In this document: positions 40,201 through 55,226 of the stretch, one piece after another
Position numbering within the stretch: position 1 is the first letter of the stretch
How the letters are laid out: every line of letters begins with the position of its first letter
Source of the DNA: Balanoglossus misakiensis
Taxonomy: Eukaryota > Animalia > Hemichordata
Direction of reading: 5' to 3'
Assembly (NCBI GenBank): GCA_040954595.2
Contig: CM082586.2
Coordinates: 248,001-312,000, forward strand
DNA length: 64,000 nt
Translations under genes and position numbers: made by a program
Notes under the pieces: model-generated
What the model saw: only the letters and a program-made list of their open reading frames with translations
The model's database searches: none
Told to the model about the DNA's origin: nothing

Positions 40201-41957
40201 CCATGAAGTTCACAACTACAAAACTTCCTGGGCGAACAGCGCCCATGAAGGATTTGAAATGATTGTAATTACACGTACATATGTTTCAAGTAAACTTCAC
40301 CGTGTTAAGAAAACACGCGCCTGTAAAATAATACGGAGTATGTTTGAAAGTATTCAGTTGTGATACTTTTCGTCTCGAGGGGAGATCATTCAAACTTTCA
40401 GAACTTTATACATCTATTTTTGTTATATTATTTGGCGATTGGCCAAAAGGTCATGACCAAGTGGACCCTTTTCATTTCAAACATACTATTTTGCGCTGAT
40501 ACACAGTGGTAAAGTAATGGTAATTCCTTAAAGTTTATATCAGATGTCTTAAAAGTGGGTCAGTCTCACTACAAACCATACCTAAATACAATCACCAAAA
40601 TGTAAAGTCGGTCCCATGATTGACTAACGGAAATCAATCGATCGATCGATCATTCATGCAAATAGTCAGACAGTCGATCGATCGATCAACCTGTCTTCGC
40701 ATCTTAAGCCAACAATGCTCTCTATAGGAAGCCTGAGATATAGACAGTGTGTATTCGGGTTTTAATTCAAAGCCAATAAAGTATGTTTTGCAGCGAAAGA
40801 AAACTTTCACGAAAGCAGTGCTGTAGTAGGTGGGATAAAAGCGAAAATTAATCCAAGCGTGAAATTACCCTAATTCAACACACATGATGATGTCAACAAT
40901 ATACACGCATGTGAATTGGATAGGACAAGCGGTCAGACAGAACTATCTGTCATGTGTCAAAGGTCATCTGCTCTACACTGATCTATATTCAAGTGCGGTG
41001 TGATTGCATGTACTTTTTTATGGCGATCACGTGACGATCCCAAGAGGCGTGACATCGCCCCAATCACACTGGGGATTCAATGAAACCAAAACTTTTACAG
41101 ATTGTTGCCATCAGAATCTCAGTGAGTCATACTGAGTGGAGTGTAGCATCTCTGCGCACACACAACCGCACTGTCAGCGGATTAGGCCTCTGTGACTTGG
41201 TAACAGAGTCTCCTATTCGAGATTGACAGTTCTGTATCCAATTCAGCTCTCATCCTTGTTGAGGTTGAGTGGATGCGTGTGTGTGTGTGCACACTGGCAG
41301 AGGATTTACTGATTGCATCAAACAATTTCGACGTCACTTTCTTCTTGTTTGTCTCTGTTTGACCACATCGAATCTCTGCGCTTCAGGTAACTTGAGGTAA
41401 GCGCATTTTTGCACGCATCGCACTTTCTTTCGACGGTCGGTCCCCTCGGTTGATTTGTAGTTTGCAATTCATGTTGAACGTGAAGGGGTTGCTGGATAGG
41501 GTCGTACTGCAGTCGAGGGAACGGCTCTGGTACGCTCTGCTTGTCGTTCAGAGAGACAAGGACAGAAAATATCACACCAGTACTGAAAAACAGAATGCCA
41601 GAGCAACTGACAAGTAAAGTGAAGAGTTTCTGAGAAAATTACCAGAAGCGAATTCAAGTTCCATCACACACCATCACAGGGGCCAGATAATTACTTTGAG
41701 AACACATAAAATTAAATTATATTACACGAACATAAAACGCGCACAAATGTTTATAGCACGATCAAATGTTGCACATTAGATTAGTCCAGTCTGCAGGTTG
41801 TAGGTCGGTACTATTACGGATTTAGTCTATTAACGTTTTACGATTCAAGTTTGAGTTCGGGTTTTGCCTTCAGAAAGCAAAGAAGTTTTCAGACTGACGG
41901 CAGCTTTGGACACTAACGCATACCATTTTTTCGCTTTCACTACAGGAATACCTGGCA

Positions 41958-44900
41958 ATGACGCAGAAAAAAGAGAAATACTTGGCGAATGGGAACGATA
42001 AGGCGGCTGAAAAACCGGTAAGTTCAGGCAAAATTATTCTTCGCGTGAACAGCAGACTTTGGCTGGACATGTGTGACACTATTAAAAGATGCATGCTTTG
42101 CGTACAATCTCAAACTACAATTTATAGAAACCAAAATTATTACACACTGCTTTCTAAACATTTATTTTGATTGAAGACATGATATCCCTCTGTGTATTAC
42201 GTCCATATCCCACTCGTTCTTGTTCATTGAATTGGAACAATAACTGTTTTAAAGTTAAGCACGCCATCTCAACCAGTCACGCCAATCGTTCGTCCCGACA
42301 CGAACTCACGGTTCCCACCAATGCTCATCCAACAATTTACGATACTCACTTTACATAAAACCCTTTTTTTGCGACAATTTTTAATCAACTACCCCGGTGA
42401 TCAGGCTTTGCATCGCGAATGTCCACAGGCTACAACAGATGTTATATGTTTGATGTAATTTTCGCCTGTCGACATCTGTCAAGTCTGATCTAAACCGACA
42501 TCGTCCAGGGTGAAAATTCTTCAAACTTTAAGAATTGAATTTCGGTGTTATATCAAAGCGACGTACTGTAGTGAGGATTTGTTTTGCAAAAGAACGCCGA
42601 ACTTTGGGTAATCTTCCACACACAAAAAATTAGTGTTGGCGACAGCATATTTTTTCATTTAAAGTGTCGTGATACCAAAAACTTTGATATCTTTAAAACT
42701 GAAATGCTAAAGTTTAAAGTGGTAGTATTTCGGAAGTGTTAAGATATGCTATTAAGAAGTTGTTGTCGTCCCAATATCAATTCCACATGTTGTGTTTTCA
42801 TAATTTATGAGGTTATTTTGGCGATTCATCGGCCATTGCATGACGCTATCTCCGCCATTGATGAGCATTTCCCATGGTATCATGTGTCATCTACCACAAC
42901 AGGGACAAACCTTTGACAACCCGGCTTATGTGGACATGGCTGGAGGAAAGAGTGTGCAAATAAACAACCCAACCTACGCTGAAAACCACTACGTCGCCAT
43001 AGAAACCAGCAAAGGCGTGTCGCAGAAGTCCAAGGTGATCATAGTGATTGTTATGATCCTTTTATTGGCCGCAGCCATCGCTGGTGTCGTCGTCTACTTC
43101 TTGGTTGGTAAGTGTGATAAAACATTATTTGCATAAACAAAATGTTACCCATTCAAAAATATCGTCTCAGAACCCCCTCCCTCCCAGGTTTTGGTGGATA
43201 AACTTGATCTATTTATAGACATTGAACCCTAACTACTTATAAAGATCAGATTCAGCCATGGAAATTTGACGATCTTCTCAAATGGCCCTGGGAATACTAA
43301 AATGAAAACCGATATCCCATTGTGAATTATAGTGGCTTGCATACGATATCTTCCTTCACGAATTAAAGAAAAGCAAGCGGAATGATTCTTACTTTGGTTT
43401 GGGAGACGTCCAACCGAAAAATTGCAAACGATTGTGAACTTTTTGTGTTGACTTCCGTGTACAATAAAAAAAAATGTTTCTCTACATTTGAGCAGTGTTG
43501 TAAGGCACTTTTCAGTTCTCTGTGCGGTTCAAGTCCATGATCATGATTGGGGGTCATTTAATATTTGCGTGTGGCAATGAAGGTTGAAATTGGCCACACT
43601 CTAAAATGATTAATTTGAAATCAAAGACAAACTTGACGTCACAGCTATAGGGGATCATCATGATGGCTTGAAATTGAGTTATGACTGGAAATTGACTCTT
43701 CGTGGGAGTGAAGTGACAAACACACATGTAGTTTGTGTCTTTTACATGTGCCAAGTTGTAACGTTTACGATAAGGTCAATTTGTAACCAAAGTAACGGGT
43801 TGCCAGGTTAAATGCTGTCCGCCATTTTGTTCAAAAAAAGTTTGAAAACAAAAATGCATGAATCTACGGACTTGTGGTACAATTCAGCATTTCAACACGG
43901 AATGTCAAACATGTAATATTCTGGTTTATTTAACCGGTTCGATAAATTCCTGGAATGGTTTCTTTTTCCCCGGAGCTGATTTCGCATGTGTCTCAATCGT
44001 TTGCAAAACGCAAAAAAGTAGAAAAGTGGTCTTTTCTGCGAAAGTAATCGCAGCTGCCGGCGTCTTGGAAGTTGCCGTGTAGTCCGCCTGCAGCTACTCC
44101 CGCGAGACTTCACCACTTTGTGGTGATTTCCGAAAAAAGAGAATTCCCAAATGTCTATGCGACCACACTCCTGACCTCACCGGTCCATCCGTTATTGATA
44201 CCCTCCGAGTATAACGTAAACCAATTGTTTGGCAAGTGATCCAGTTACAGGAATGGCTAGTCCCTGCAAAAACAATCAGTAGGCTCTGAGGTCACACCCT
44301 AGGTCAAGGGTCAATTTGATGAATGTCATTCTGTGTCTAGATTTACTAAATAATGAACTCTTGGGCAGAACTCCCAAACCTTTTGAATTCCCATGTCTGT
44401 GTTGAGCTTAAACTGTTGATATCTCTCGTCATCTTCAATTGAGACAACGTGACATCACCACCGTCATCAGTTGCATCTTCCAACGTTTGGCCATTTTCAT
44501 CGTTTCGTCCACGCAACTCGGCAGCGGCGAATGTTTCCAAACTGACAGAGAGTAAGCATGTCAAGCTGCTCGATTGTTAATTCTCTGGGAACGGCCGTGC
44601 CGTCAGTTAGCGGCTGTGTAGAAGCACGTCGCTATATCGCTAACGGATGGGTCTGAGCATGCGTGCTGTGAATTGAATGACAGACACTTTTTAGTCATGA
44701 TCTTACCTAAACAATTCCATATTTTTTTCAAACATATTCGTTGTACTTTACTAAACATTTTGAATCAACATTCTGTGTTTTGTCGTCGCGTCACCTGTTC
44801 CCTGTCTGCACTGAATTGAAAGATACAAAATACTCTATTTTCATAATGTTTTCTCTAAGCAAAGGTTAAATTCCAAATAATGATGGCAATATGAGTTATG

Positions 44901-47900
44901 GTCGCCAAGCCCCCCAAAAGACATTTTGCATATCAGGACACAAGCATGTATCCTTTCTAGACATTCATCGCAAACCGATCTGTCACTACTCTGAAATCTC
45001 GCCTCATCTTATTTCGTCTAACTATTCATTAAAATATCAATTTCCACAGAATAACCTCCGCTATAAATCTTCTGTATTTTTTTTCTATAAAAACATCCCA
45101 CAATGATTGGGTCGCGGCGATTGGCATCAAAGCGTCACCAGACACTGTAGCTTCTCGTCTCAGCTATTTATCAAACTTGTTTGTAAAGTGTTAATGTTGA
45201 TTAGTTCACTCATCAAATACGTGTCATAGACAGTCATAGAATCCGGCAATTTCATCCGGGATACTCACTGCCAGCACAATTTGGCGCCTTTGCTTTTTTC
45301 TCACGCTTTGACGTCTTTCGTAGAACTTCCTGAGAGGAAAGTGAGTAGGTCTTCCAAGAGATGAGAACAATCAAAGTTGTTCACTGCTAAAACCACAATT
45401 GAAATTGTAGTTAATAGAATACGATAACTGTGAAGGTAGTAAGGCGATTGTCAAAACAAAACAAGTCAGATGTTTGGTTGAATGACGTATAATATTAAGA
45501 AGACTAAACGATCACTCTTTTAGAATAAGTCTCGTCACAGGAGCCCTGAACGTTATCTTCTATATGATTACGTACTTGTGTATGAAACGTCAAAGTCGTT
45601 GATGCATGAATGACAAATTCCCATTCACCGGCGTCCTGCCATCACCTACCAATTACACGACCAACCAACACAATCACAGAAGTTCACCCACAAACAGTTA
45701 CAGTTGCAACCGGGATCATATCATTGACACCATCGATAATCTGACATATTCAAATAAATTGGAAATGTATAGCTCTAAAGTCGCACTCAAGAGTCAAAAC
45801 TTTCCTTCCTTGTTTTGGCTGTCAAATTTAAAGTGGTCTCGCTGACAGGGTACGCCTTTACAGTGGCTGTAGACTTATACAATATGGCTAATGTGTACAA
45901 AAAGCATACTCACAGCATGTTTTGTAGTAATGAGTTTGACTGCGAGAAAGTATTTCTGAGGTTCCATTAGGTGCCAAGAATAACAACGATGATACTAATC
46001 ATAAACCACAGGATTGTAATGCTTTCTAATCAACGGTTACCGATTTGGAAAATTGAAAGGAAACATTAATTTCGAGCCACATTACAAGAAAGAAAAATGC
46101 TGAGAAATTTTTTTTGCTCCTCTCCCGTTTGATAGAGTTACATGGAGATAGATCACATTCAAGGTTTTCATACAATAAATATTGTGTTATGAGCAATTAG
46201 AATGAAAATAGAGATGAGTCAAAGACGACCGAGGCTGAAACTGAGATATGTTTGTTCAAACCCACGTGGAAATATTATCTGAATGACAGATGAGTGTAAT
46301 GTACATGGAGACGATTAAACACGTGGTCTGACTCTTCTCGAAGTTGTTTATCCCTGGTCTGACAGATTCGGAAATTTTCTATTAAACAGCACAGGAAACA
46401 TTTGGTCCCATTGTGTCTGAGCTCATCCCACGGAAGCAAGAACACAACTTCTTTCAACGATAAATCACTCGTGCGTTTATTGATATTTCCACTTTTAGAC
46501 TACCATTCATTTCCGGTGTAAGTCTATCGTGCATTCAGATGCCAGGCAATGTGAGGTTTTCCATTGACGGAACCATTCACTGGTGATGTTGGGGTTAAAG
46601 GTCAAAACACATCTTTAGGATACGTCGCTCTTTTTATTGAGGAAATCAAAAGTTTGAAGTCAGTTTTGGCCTAAGTTCCCCAACTGCTGTACAACTGCTT
46701 TGTTCACAGTTGCAGACGACTAAAACTTTTCAAAGACAAGATTTCACAGCAGGACTGGATTTTGTGGAAACATTTGACCATGGAGATATTAATGACAGGA
46801 TTGGATAATATGTCTCTTTGCAGAGTCTAACTTCCCGCCACAAAATAAATGTTCTGGGAATCTGGGTTCCACGCGCTTTCCCATCGATCTCGTTGACCAC
46901 CTGTTACTAATATCAATTGCCCACTATTCACGCATGCGCTAGAACTGACCAATCAGCATCTTATTTCACCCGTTGCACATAGTTCACTGCGTTGATAAAA
47001 TTTTACATCACAAATAACAATGCTTGGTTATTTGTAGTGTGAGTAAATCGTCTCTTACGATCGCCATTTGATCAGAAATGACGACATGGTTTGTGTATTT
47101 AAAAATGAATCTGCGTCTGTGAAGAAGCCAGAAAAAGTAATTCGATAAGGAAGAATTCTTTCGGTAATTAGAATCATCTTCAGTGATAAAAAAGATTCAG
47201 GAATTCAACATCGCCCAAGAAATCAAACTCTTGCCAACTTTTGATTTGCAGATTAAATGTTGAACACGACAAGGTTGTCAGAGAGCTGACCTTCCTTGTA
47301 TAAACCACGTTTGTCCCAAGACAACGGAGCAATAACATATGCAAAGGTTATGCTATCAAATATTTGTTTTCCCGAATTTGATATCTGGTAACTCTGTCTC
47401 TCGGCTATTCCAAGCCATACTTCGTGTATTTTTTGCAAATTCACTGACGTCTGGTAGGTTCAATAAACACCAGTTATGACATTTGACCCTGAGAGCACTA
47501 AGCTATGTTCTCACACTTTGAGTTATTGCTTTCCTCGTTTAATACCATGTACTACCAATACTTGTCACGCATGCAAATTATGAATTGCCTTTCTGTGATT
47601 AATGCCCGCCCGGGAGAACTTTATAAGAATGAGTCCCCAACGGCTTGTTTGGGGCGACTATTTCTGTCGGGGCAAGGCTAAATCCTGCCAAAAGTAAACA
47701 CATTTTCGATGGTTGAATGAAGTTTGGTATTTACAGAAACTGAAAATGGAAATGCCTGTAGGGTGTAGCGGCGTTAAAACGTCGATTTTTCAAATATAAA
47801 GTAAACTGAAACGTTTAGATCTCTATAGTAACACATTGTGTTGAAAAACAGTTGATAATGATGTATAACGAACTATATGATCTACAGATTTGATAAGAAA

Positions 47901-50900
47901 TAACAAGTTCCACATTAATTTATAATAATTTGTGAGTAACGGTTTGGACGACTAGATGGGGTAGAGACAGAAAAAAACGAACTCAAGCCCATGGCTCCAG
48001 TGTCGTATTACATAAAGGCGTGTGAAATCGGACAGGGTTGGTCAAAATACACGCCCTCATTTTTAACCGACATCGCTAGGAATTTGATGAATTAAAAATG
48101 ATTATCGCCTTCCGGTCATCCATTTTGTGACAGAGTATAAATTAAAATGAAGAACGATGATTATTTCCATATGTAACCTACTGTCAACCTATCCATTTTT
48201 CTGTATTTTTTGCATGACATCTGCCCACTTAAGTTGGTGGATATTAAACCATTTTCATTAAAATGGAACAAAGGTCATATCTTCTGCAGACCAAAATGCA
48301 AGGGTGACCTTAGGTCATAAAAGTTGCCAATTTTTGTCACGTGATATGTGACCAACGAACCCATTCCTTGATAATGATTTTCGTTGTCCTTTGAACAACT
48401 CGAATGAACCAATCATATTCCACGTTTTTATTTTTCAGTGGCAAAACCATCAGAACCAGTCCCTGACAAGAATACCGATGAAGATTCATCTCCCCAGGAG
48501 GTGCTGGAGGGCGTTGTCAAAGCAACTGGTAAACCACCAGGAAAGGCTGACGTCACAGAAAAGCCGACCATCCGACAGACGGAAGTGACGTTTGCAGGTC
48601 CTTTTCTGGAGACGATTCCGACAAAGTTTCACGGTTTGAAAAGTACACCCCATAGAGTGTCACCTGCGGATCACCATGGAGACGACCAGTCAGCGACTTC
48701 AAGCTTTGATTTGAGGTCAAACAGAAGCGCAAATGTAGGAGAAAGTTTACCGTCAACTCGTTCTCCGGACAGACAGACGGATGTCCTTGATGGAACAGGT
48801 ATCACATCAACTTCTTCCTTCAGCAAGATCTTCCAGTCGGTTGTACAACAAAGAAGCACTACTGGCCGTCAACCAGAATCCAACCTACAAAGTCAAGCAT
48901 CAAGTGGCCCAACGGACGACGCAAGAGCGCCCTCCGCCCAATCTAACCCGTTGCCAAGCACACGTGAGATAATCCGGCCACGCCCAGCAACCAACACTGT
49001 TACAACAGTAGAGAAAGAAGTTTCCTTGCCTTCAGCAGTATCTGATCAATCTACAACTACAGTTTCAATTCCTGAAAATGACGTGTCTTCTCCTTCGACG
49101 GTGTCACAACTCCTGACAGAGAGAAATGCCACGTCACAAATTGAAACAGGTAGGGGTTTCTTGCAATTGGCCGAACCTATGAATATGGTTCTCAGAGATG
49201 CCAAAGGTCAAATGTAGACGGAATTTTAAATAACACAGATTGTAATATAAATATGCATCCCGCATGCCATGTTTGTTTGGTTTTAATTTGGTTTAAGAAT
49301 AACAGAGTGTGCTGCCTTTTTACGTATAACTTAACCCCCCCCCTTACCTGCCCCAATGACCATATAACCAAGCCACGTTTTCCTATGAATTCACCCCTTC
49401 CCCTGTTTGTGTCAGTACCTCTCATTTTCCTGAAGTTTTTGTTTCCACGCATGCCCAGGCACGTCACAGTCACAAGTCCAGCAATCAACAACAGGAGGTG
49501 GACGATTCATTCCGCCGACGTCCGAACATTCTGCATGTGGACAATTACACATCATCTCACCTGGTGACCAAGTGGAAATCACTTCACCAAATCACCCAAA
49601 TAACTACGACAACAACTTGGATTGCACTTGGCATATTTTGACAATATCGAGAAAGAGGATTCTGCTGACCTATCTGACGTTTGATTTAGAATTTGAGTAT
49701 GATACTTTGATCCTGTCAGACGATGATCACCCACAACTTACGATTTACAGTGGCGAACAATCTCCCATAAACTATGTCTCACCAACTCCAGTCCTGTCCA
49801 TCCGATTTCAAAGTGACGGATCGATTACTCATTCGGGATTTAGGATTAGGGTGGAAGAATACGATGGTCCAGGTAATTTAGAATAGACAAAAATGTACCC
49901 GTTTCAGAAGGGTTTTCATTCTGCCCGTCCAGAAGTGATATTGCATCAAAACAGTCCAACAATTAACGGTAATCTTTCCAATAGGCCTTTTCCAACAGTT
50001 TGCATTATATTATTTAATACAATTCAACATATATGTATCAATGTAAAAGCACAAGTACTCTTTAAAACAATGTAATCGTTTAACCATCCAACAGATCCTG
50101 TACCTGACACAACACAATGTACTTTGAGTCGAGTCTTAGCCGAAGGTGAAGTGTGGGATGTCGTCACACCGAATTATCCCTCAAACTACGATAATGACCT
50201 TGAGTGTCAGTGGACTGTCTCAACCTCAACAGGAAGAATTGATGTTTACTTCATGGATTTTCAAGTTGAAGAAAATTACGATGCAGTCAGCATGAATGCG
50301 GAAAGTGCCAATGGTGATTTGGTTCCAATCTTTACCCACCTTTCCGGAAGTCTGCCACCAGGAAATATTACAGTTCCACACGGTAAAATCATGTTAGAAT
50401 TCTCGTCTGATGGCACTGCAACTGAACGAGGAATGTGGGTTCGTTTCAAGGCTGAAGCAAGCAGTAAGTCTCATTTCGTGTATTTTCAGTGTTGTATTGA
50501 AACTTGAATTAGTGAAGTATTTTACATTTTCACCAAAACAAAGAGGTTACACATAGATGGTTCAACGTACACATTTCAGTTGAAAACATACTTTCAATTT
50601 TTTACAGCTGAGTTACACATCAACGCCACACCAACTGCCTTTATTGGAAACGGCTGCGTCCGACATTTTGAGATTCAACATGGCCAAGTTATCCAGTTCG
50701 AATCGCCGAACTACCCAGGTTTATATTCAAGTGACCTAGACTGTCTTTGGACCATACATACCACAGACCAATCTCACATCCTAATCCGATTCAGAAGTTT
50801 TGAGACAGAACAAAGCTACGACATCCTCACAATCGGCACAGGCAGTGGTCCACGCCCGGACTCTGAGAACGTTATTTTGTCTCATTCCGGAGATGATATT

Positions 50901-53900
50901 CCTGAAGACTTAGTCGTAAATTCAGTAAATGCTTGGATTGTGTTCACGTCAGATGGATATCAAGAACTTGGTGGATTTGACGGAGAAATTGAGGCTATAG
51001 AAGAAGGTAAATTGTCTGTCAATTTTTTTTGTAGAACAGAGGGGTCCATTGGGGCTTAGGGATTTGAATTTGAGCGTTTGCGATAAACTGACAACGATCT
51101 TTTTATTTTTTACAGTTCCAACCAGTGCTTATGTCACGACAGATCAACCACAATGTGGTGGAAACTCGTACATAAGTGTTGGGGAGTCAGTCTATTTTAA
51201 ATCACCAAACTTTCCACGCAAATATGACAACTCGCTAAGTTGTCTGTGGGTATTTTCAACCCAGGACGACACCAAGCTTCACATCGGCTTTATCAATTTC
51301 AACACCGAAGCTTTGTATGACTATATCCAAATGGGCGAAGGTGCTGGGCCAATTTCAGGCACAACAGTCTTAGAGCGTCACCATGGTAACAGCCTACCAC
51401 CAGAATATGTTTCGACGTCATCGCAAGCGTGGTTGTATTTCGCTAGTGATCAGTCAATGACCGAGGATGGTTTTGATTTCACAGTTACCGCCGTACAGGA
51501 CATGGTCCAAGGTATGCAGCATTAATCACAACCGATTTTAAATAATTTATTGTCGCCAGCCAATATTCATCATTCATTCTTTGGTACCAATAGACATGTA
51601 ATTTATCCAAGATTTGTAGAGCCCTATTTAATCAGTTCACATTTCTCATTCTGTCTGCAGGAGAGACGTCATCGAGTGTAGCACCTGATGAAGATGACGT
51701 CATACTAACAGAACCGCCAACCTGTCGTCAGACTCATAATCTGTTGGCCGGTGACAAGGTGACCTTGGCCACACCCAATTTCCCTAGCAACTACGATAGT
51801 GATCTGAATTGTCTCTGGACATTTTCCGTTCCTGATGGCGTCATTCTAAGCGTCGTGTTCGACAGTTTTAACACAGAATCTGGATATGACTACATGGATG
51901 CCGGATTTGGGCTTGGACCAATAGACGGAAGCACTATTATCGCACAGCATTCTGGGGAGTCACTACCAGCACCAATCACTGGCTCACCCAGCGTGTGGAT
52001 CAGATTCCTTTCGGATGGGTCAATTCAGAGCACAGGATTCGAAATGACGATATCTGCACATCAAGGTAATTTTATTATCATTCACGCTCGATCAAACACC
52101 AACATGTTAGGGTGACCATACGCTCATTTCTCGAAAAGCGATCAGTTACAGTGATCTGTCTTATAGTGAGTGAATAAACATGCATACTTTGGCCAGTCAA
52201 ATTATTTAATTGCTCATGTTACAATATCTCGCCTTTCCGTCTATATTTGACCAGAAGTCAGTGTTATTGTTTGTGTCTATGATAATGGATAACATTTGCA
52301 CGTCTGGGTGTGGGACAACTTTTCTCTCCTGGGTGTAGAAAGATGATCGCCATACAATACCACAAGTAAACCACTTTCTCATGACTTCCCCTAGCCATCA
52401 TTCTCCCTAGACTGTTCCCATGGTGACCCTTACTGCGACCTTTGAGCCTGGCGCGACATTTGAGGTTATATGTCTGATCGTCTAAGAATAACACTCAAGA
52501 TTTACGATGGCTAAATCATATGTATTCTTTTATATGTGGAGCCATTTGTGGAGTAATTGTGTCGATCAACGCATAAACTCTGTGCTTTGATATCGTTTGC
52601 GGGTTTATTAACCGTTGCAATGATGTTTCTATCGGTAAACCGACCCATTGTTTGTTTTTCCCAACACATCTTCATTAGAACGATAAGAAATATACAACGC
52701 GTACTTAATGCCTCTATGGAAATACTGTCTAAAATCAAGGAATATTGAATTTCATTATCACTGTGTGAGAGACTTCATATTTCTTTGCTTTTATGTGGGT
52801 GACGATATCAGTCCACACATACCATGCATGCATGCATACATACATACAAACAAAGTCACCATATAACGATCATATGAATATATTTTCAATTGATTTTATT
52901 TATAGTAACCACATCAAAGGCACCGACCCCACCCGATCTTCCTGCGTCCTCACGACCAGGTATTTCCACAACCACGCCTGTCACTGTTCACTGCACCAGA
53001 GAGTACAATCTGACAGCTGGGGACGCTGTCCACCTGACGTCACCCAATCACCCTAGCAACTACCCAAACAACCTTGACTGTCAGTGGGAATTCGTTGCTC
53101 TTGACGGATCCCAACTACAAGTCCACTTCATCAGTTTTGAGTCAGAGGACGGACATGACGTATTGGAAGCTGGAGAAGGCTTCGGAGGGATTTTTCGGAC
53201 TCTGATTGTTGAACGGCACTCCGGACATCGGCTCCCGGATGAATTCATCTCACAGTCGAATGTGGCTTGGATCAGCTTCCGTAGCGACGCTTCTACTTCC
53301 GCTAGAGGATTTGCCGTCACCGTTACAGCAGTTAAACAAGGTAACCATGAAAACCACACGTTCTGCATGACGTTACTTACTAAAACATGAATAATGTTAC
53401 GTCAGGTTTATATATGCATCAAGGGGCTTACAGGTGTGATATAGGGAAATATAGTGTCGTGACAAATACCAAACTACAATGAGCATGTACTGAACATCAA
53501 ATAATTTTTCCCTTGTTGCAGAAATCCAAACGACCCTTCCACCACCCCAGCTGACCACTAACGCGCCATCAACGACAGCCCAAGGATGTCGAAGAACGTT
53601 TCATCTTGAAGAGGGTGACAGTGTTACCGTGACAACGCCAAATTATCCTAACAACTATGACAACATGTTAGATTGCCTCTGGGTTTTCATCGCCGTCGAT
53701 CAGTCCGCCCTCGAAGTCAGCTTTCAAACTTTCCGGTCTGAAACCGGATATGACATGATGGAAGCCGGAGAAGGTCCAAATAATCTGGATGGCACAACTA
53801 TTATCCATCGACACTCAGGAAATTTATTGCCTGATGATTTTGTGGCCATGTCGTCTACAGCCTGGATCATCTTTTTCTCAGATGTATCAGAAAACGATTC

Positions 53901-55226
53901 TGGATTTGAAGTTAGAGTTACTGCAATTCAACCACAGCCAGGTAATCGACGATAGCAATTTTTTTATAAGTCATCCCCACAAAGCTTGGCTTTGCCTCAT
54001 ATTTGATTATGGGTTGAAGTGACCCATTTTTTTTCTCCACTATAAAGTTAAATTTGACATCATTTCAAAACAGTAGCGAGATCTATCTAACAAGCATAAA
54101 GATTTAGTATAAAGATACACTTTTCAAATACATTATCCTTGCACAGATGTCGATATGGTAACAAAATCTTCTTTATTCACACATTAACCAGTGTTAACGA
54201 GCAGACAACTACATGATAAATCCTTTGGCGGCAAAACTCCATATTTTCCATGTAACATGACAATGCACAGCGTTTGCTATGTCGTTTAACTTAACTGTCT
54301 TTTCACAAGCAGTCGCAAGAATTTAGAGGCAAAAATGACGTATTTCATACGAATGACTCAGTTTTCCTGAAGGTCGATAACCAGACGAGGGCGCTGGTTA
54401 CTAAAACTTATCTCGTAAACGGAGAAACATCTTCTTTGGTGACGTAATAAAAATATTGTTATGGCAGAAAACCACCATTATTTTCGTTTAATGACGAAAG
54501 TATGTGGGAAACAGCTGAAAAGTCACGATCGGCTGAAGCAAGAAACTTAAAAAAGTAAATGTAAATTTGCTTGACAGCTGCCATGGCATTGTTCAATTGG
54601 GGTAGATCACGTAGACTGCGTACCAGGAGGGCACACGTACACGTACGGTTGAAAGTAAAATGAATCAGGGTTATACCCCTTCTGTGATTGAACTATTTCC
54701 TGGGAACTATTGACCAAACCCCACTAGTGACATTTTAATATATTTTCTCACTTCGTCTAAATCGAACCGTTAGCAATTAGCGTTATATGGTTTCATTGTC
54801 ATTTCATTTGTGGCTTGATTTTTTTTGTTTTTAGACGTGACTACACGTTCGGCCAAACGTACAACAACGGGACAGGACGAATGTATCACCAGGTACAACC
54901 TTCCAAGCGATGACGTCATCCTCATTGAGTCGCCCAATTATCCAGACAGTTACGACAATAACTTGATCTGCAGTTGGATAGTTTCCACAATTGATGGAAA
55001 CCATCTCCATGTTTCTTTTAACACATTCGATACAGAGAGCCAATATGACGTTCTGGAAACCGGTGAGGGATCCGATCCTTCCATCGGCAGATCCTTCCAA
55101 TTCTCAGGATCAACAATTCCAGGAGATTTCACGACGTTGTCATCCAGTGTGTGGTTCACGTTTCGATCGGATCGTTCGGTGAACAGAAGTGGTTTTCATT
55201 TGAGTGTGACGTCAGTCCCATATTAA
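41958..55226 (+). CDS. Type II membrane protein: cytosolic NPxY x2, TM, Ser/Thr/Pro-rich stalk, 8 CUB domains; ~1400 aa
   Basis: Exons 41958-42017 (or alternative 37179-37223), 42903-43107 (FDNPAY, NNPTY, TM VIIVIVMILLLAAAIAGVVVYFLV), 48439-49149 (stalk), then CUB exons 49459-49872, 50095-50463, 50608-51006, 51116-51511, 51661-52065, 52906-53340, 53522-53941, 54835-55226. All joins are phase-compatible. CUBs show SPNYPxxY..C.W...E..YD...FxSD...GF. Linking the TM exon across the 5.3-kb intron is inferred. Confidence 0.82.

Noticed and set aside
44948-44956. GTATCCTTT U12-type donor
   Set aside because: No adjoining exon or matching U12 branch site; the introns I assembled are all GT-AG with U2-type donors.
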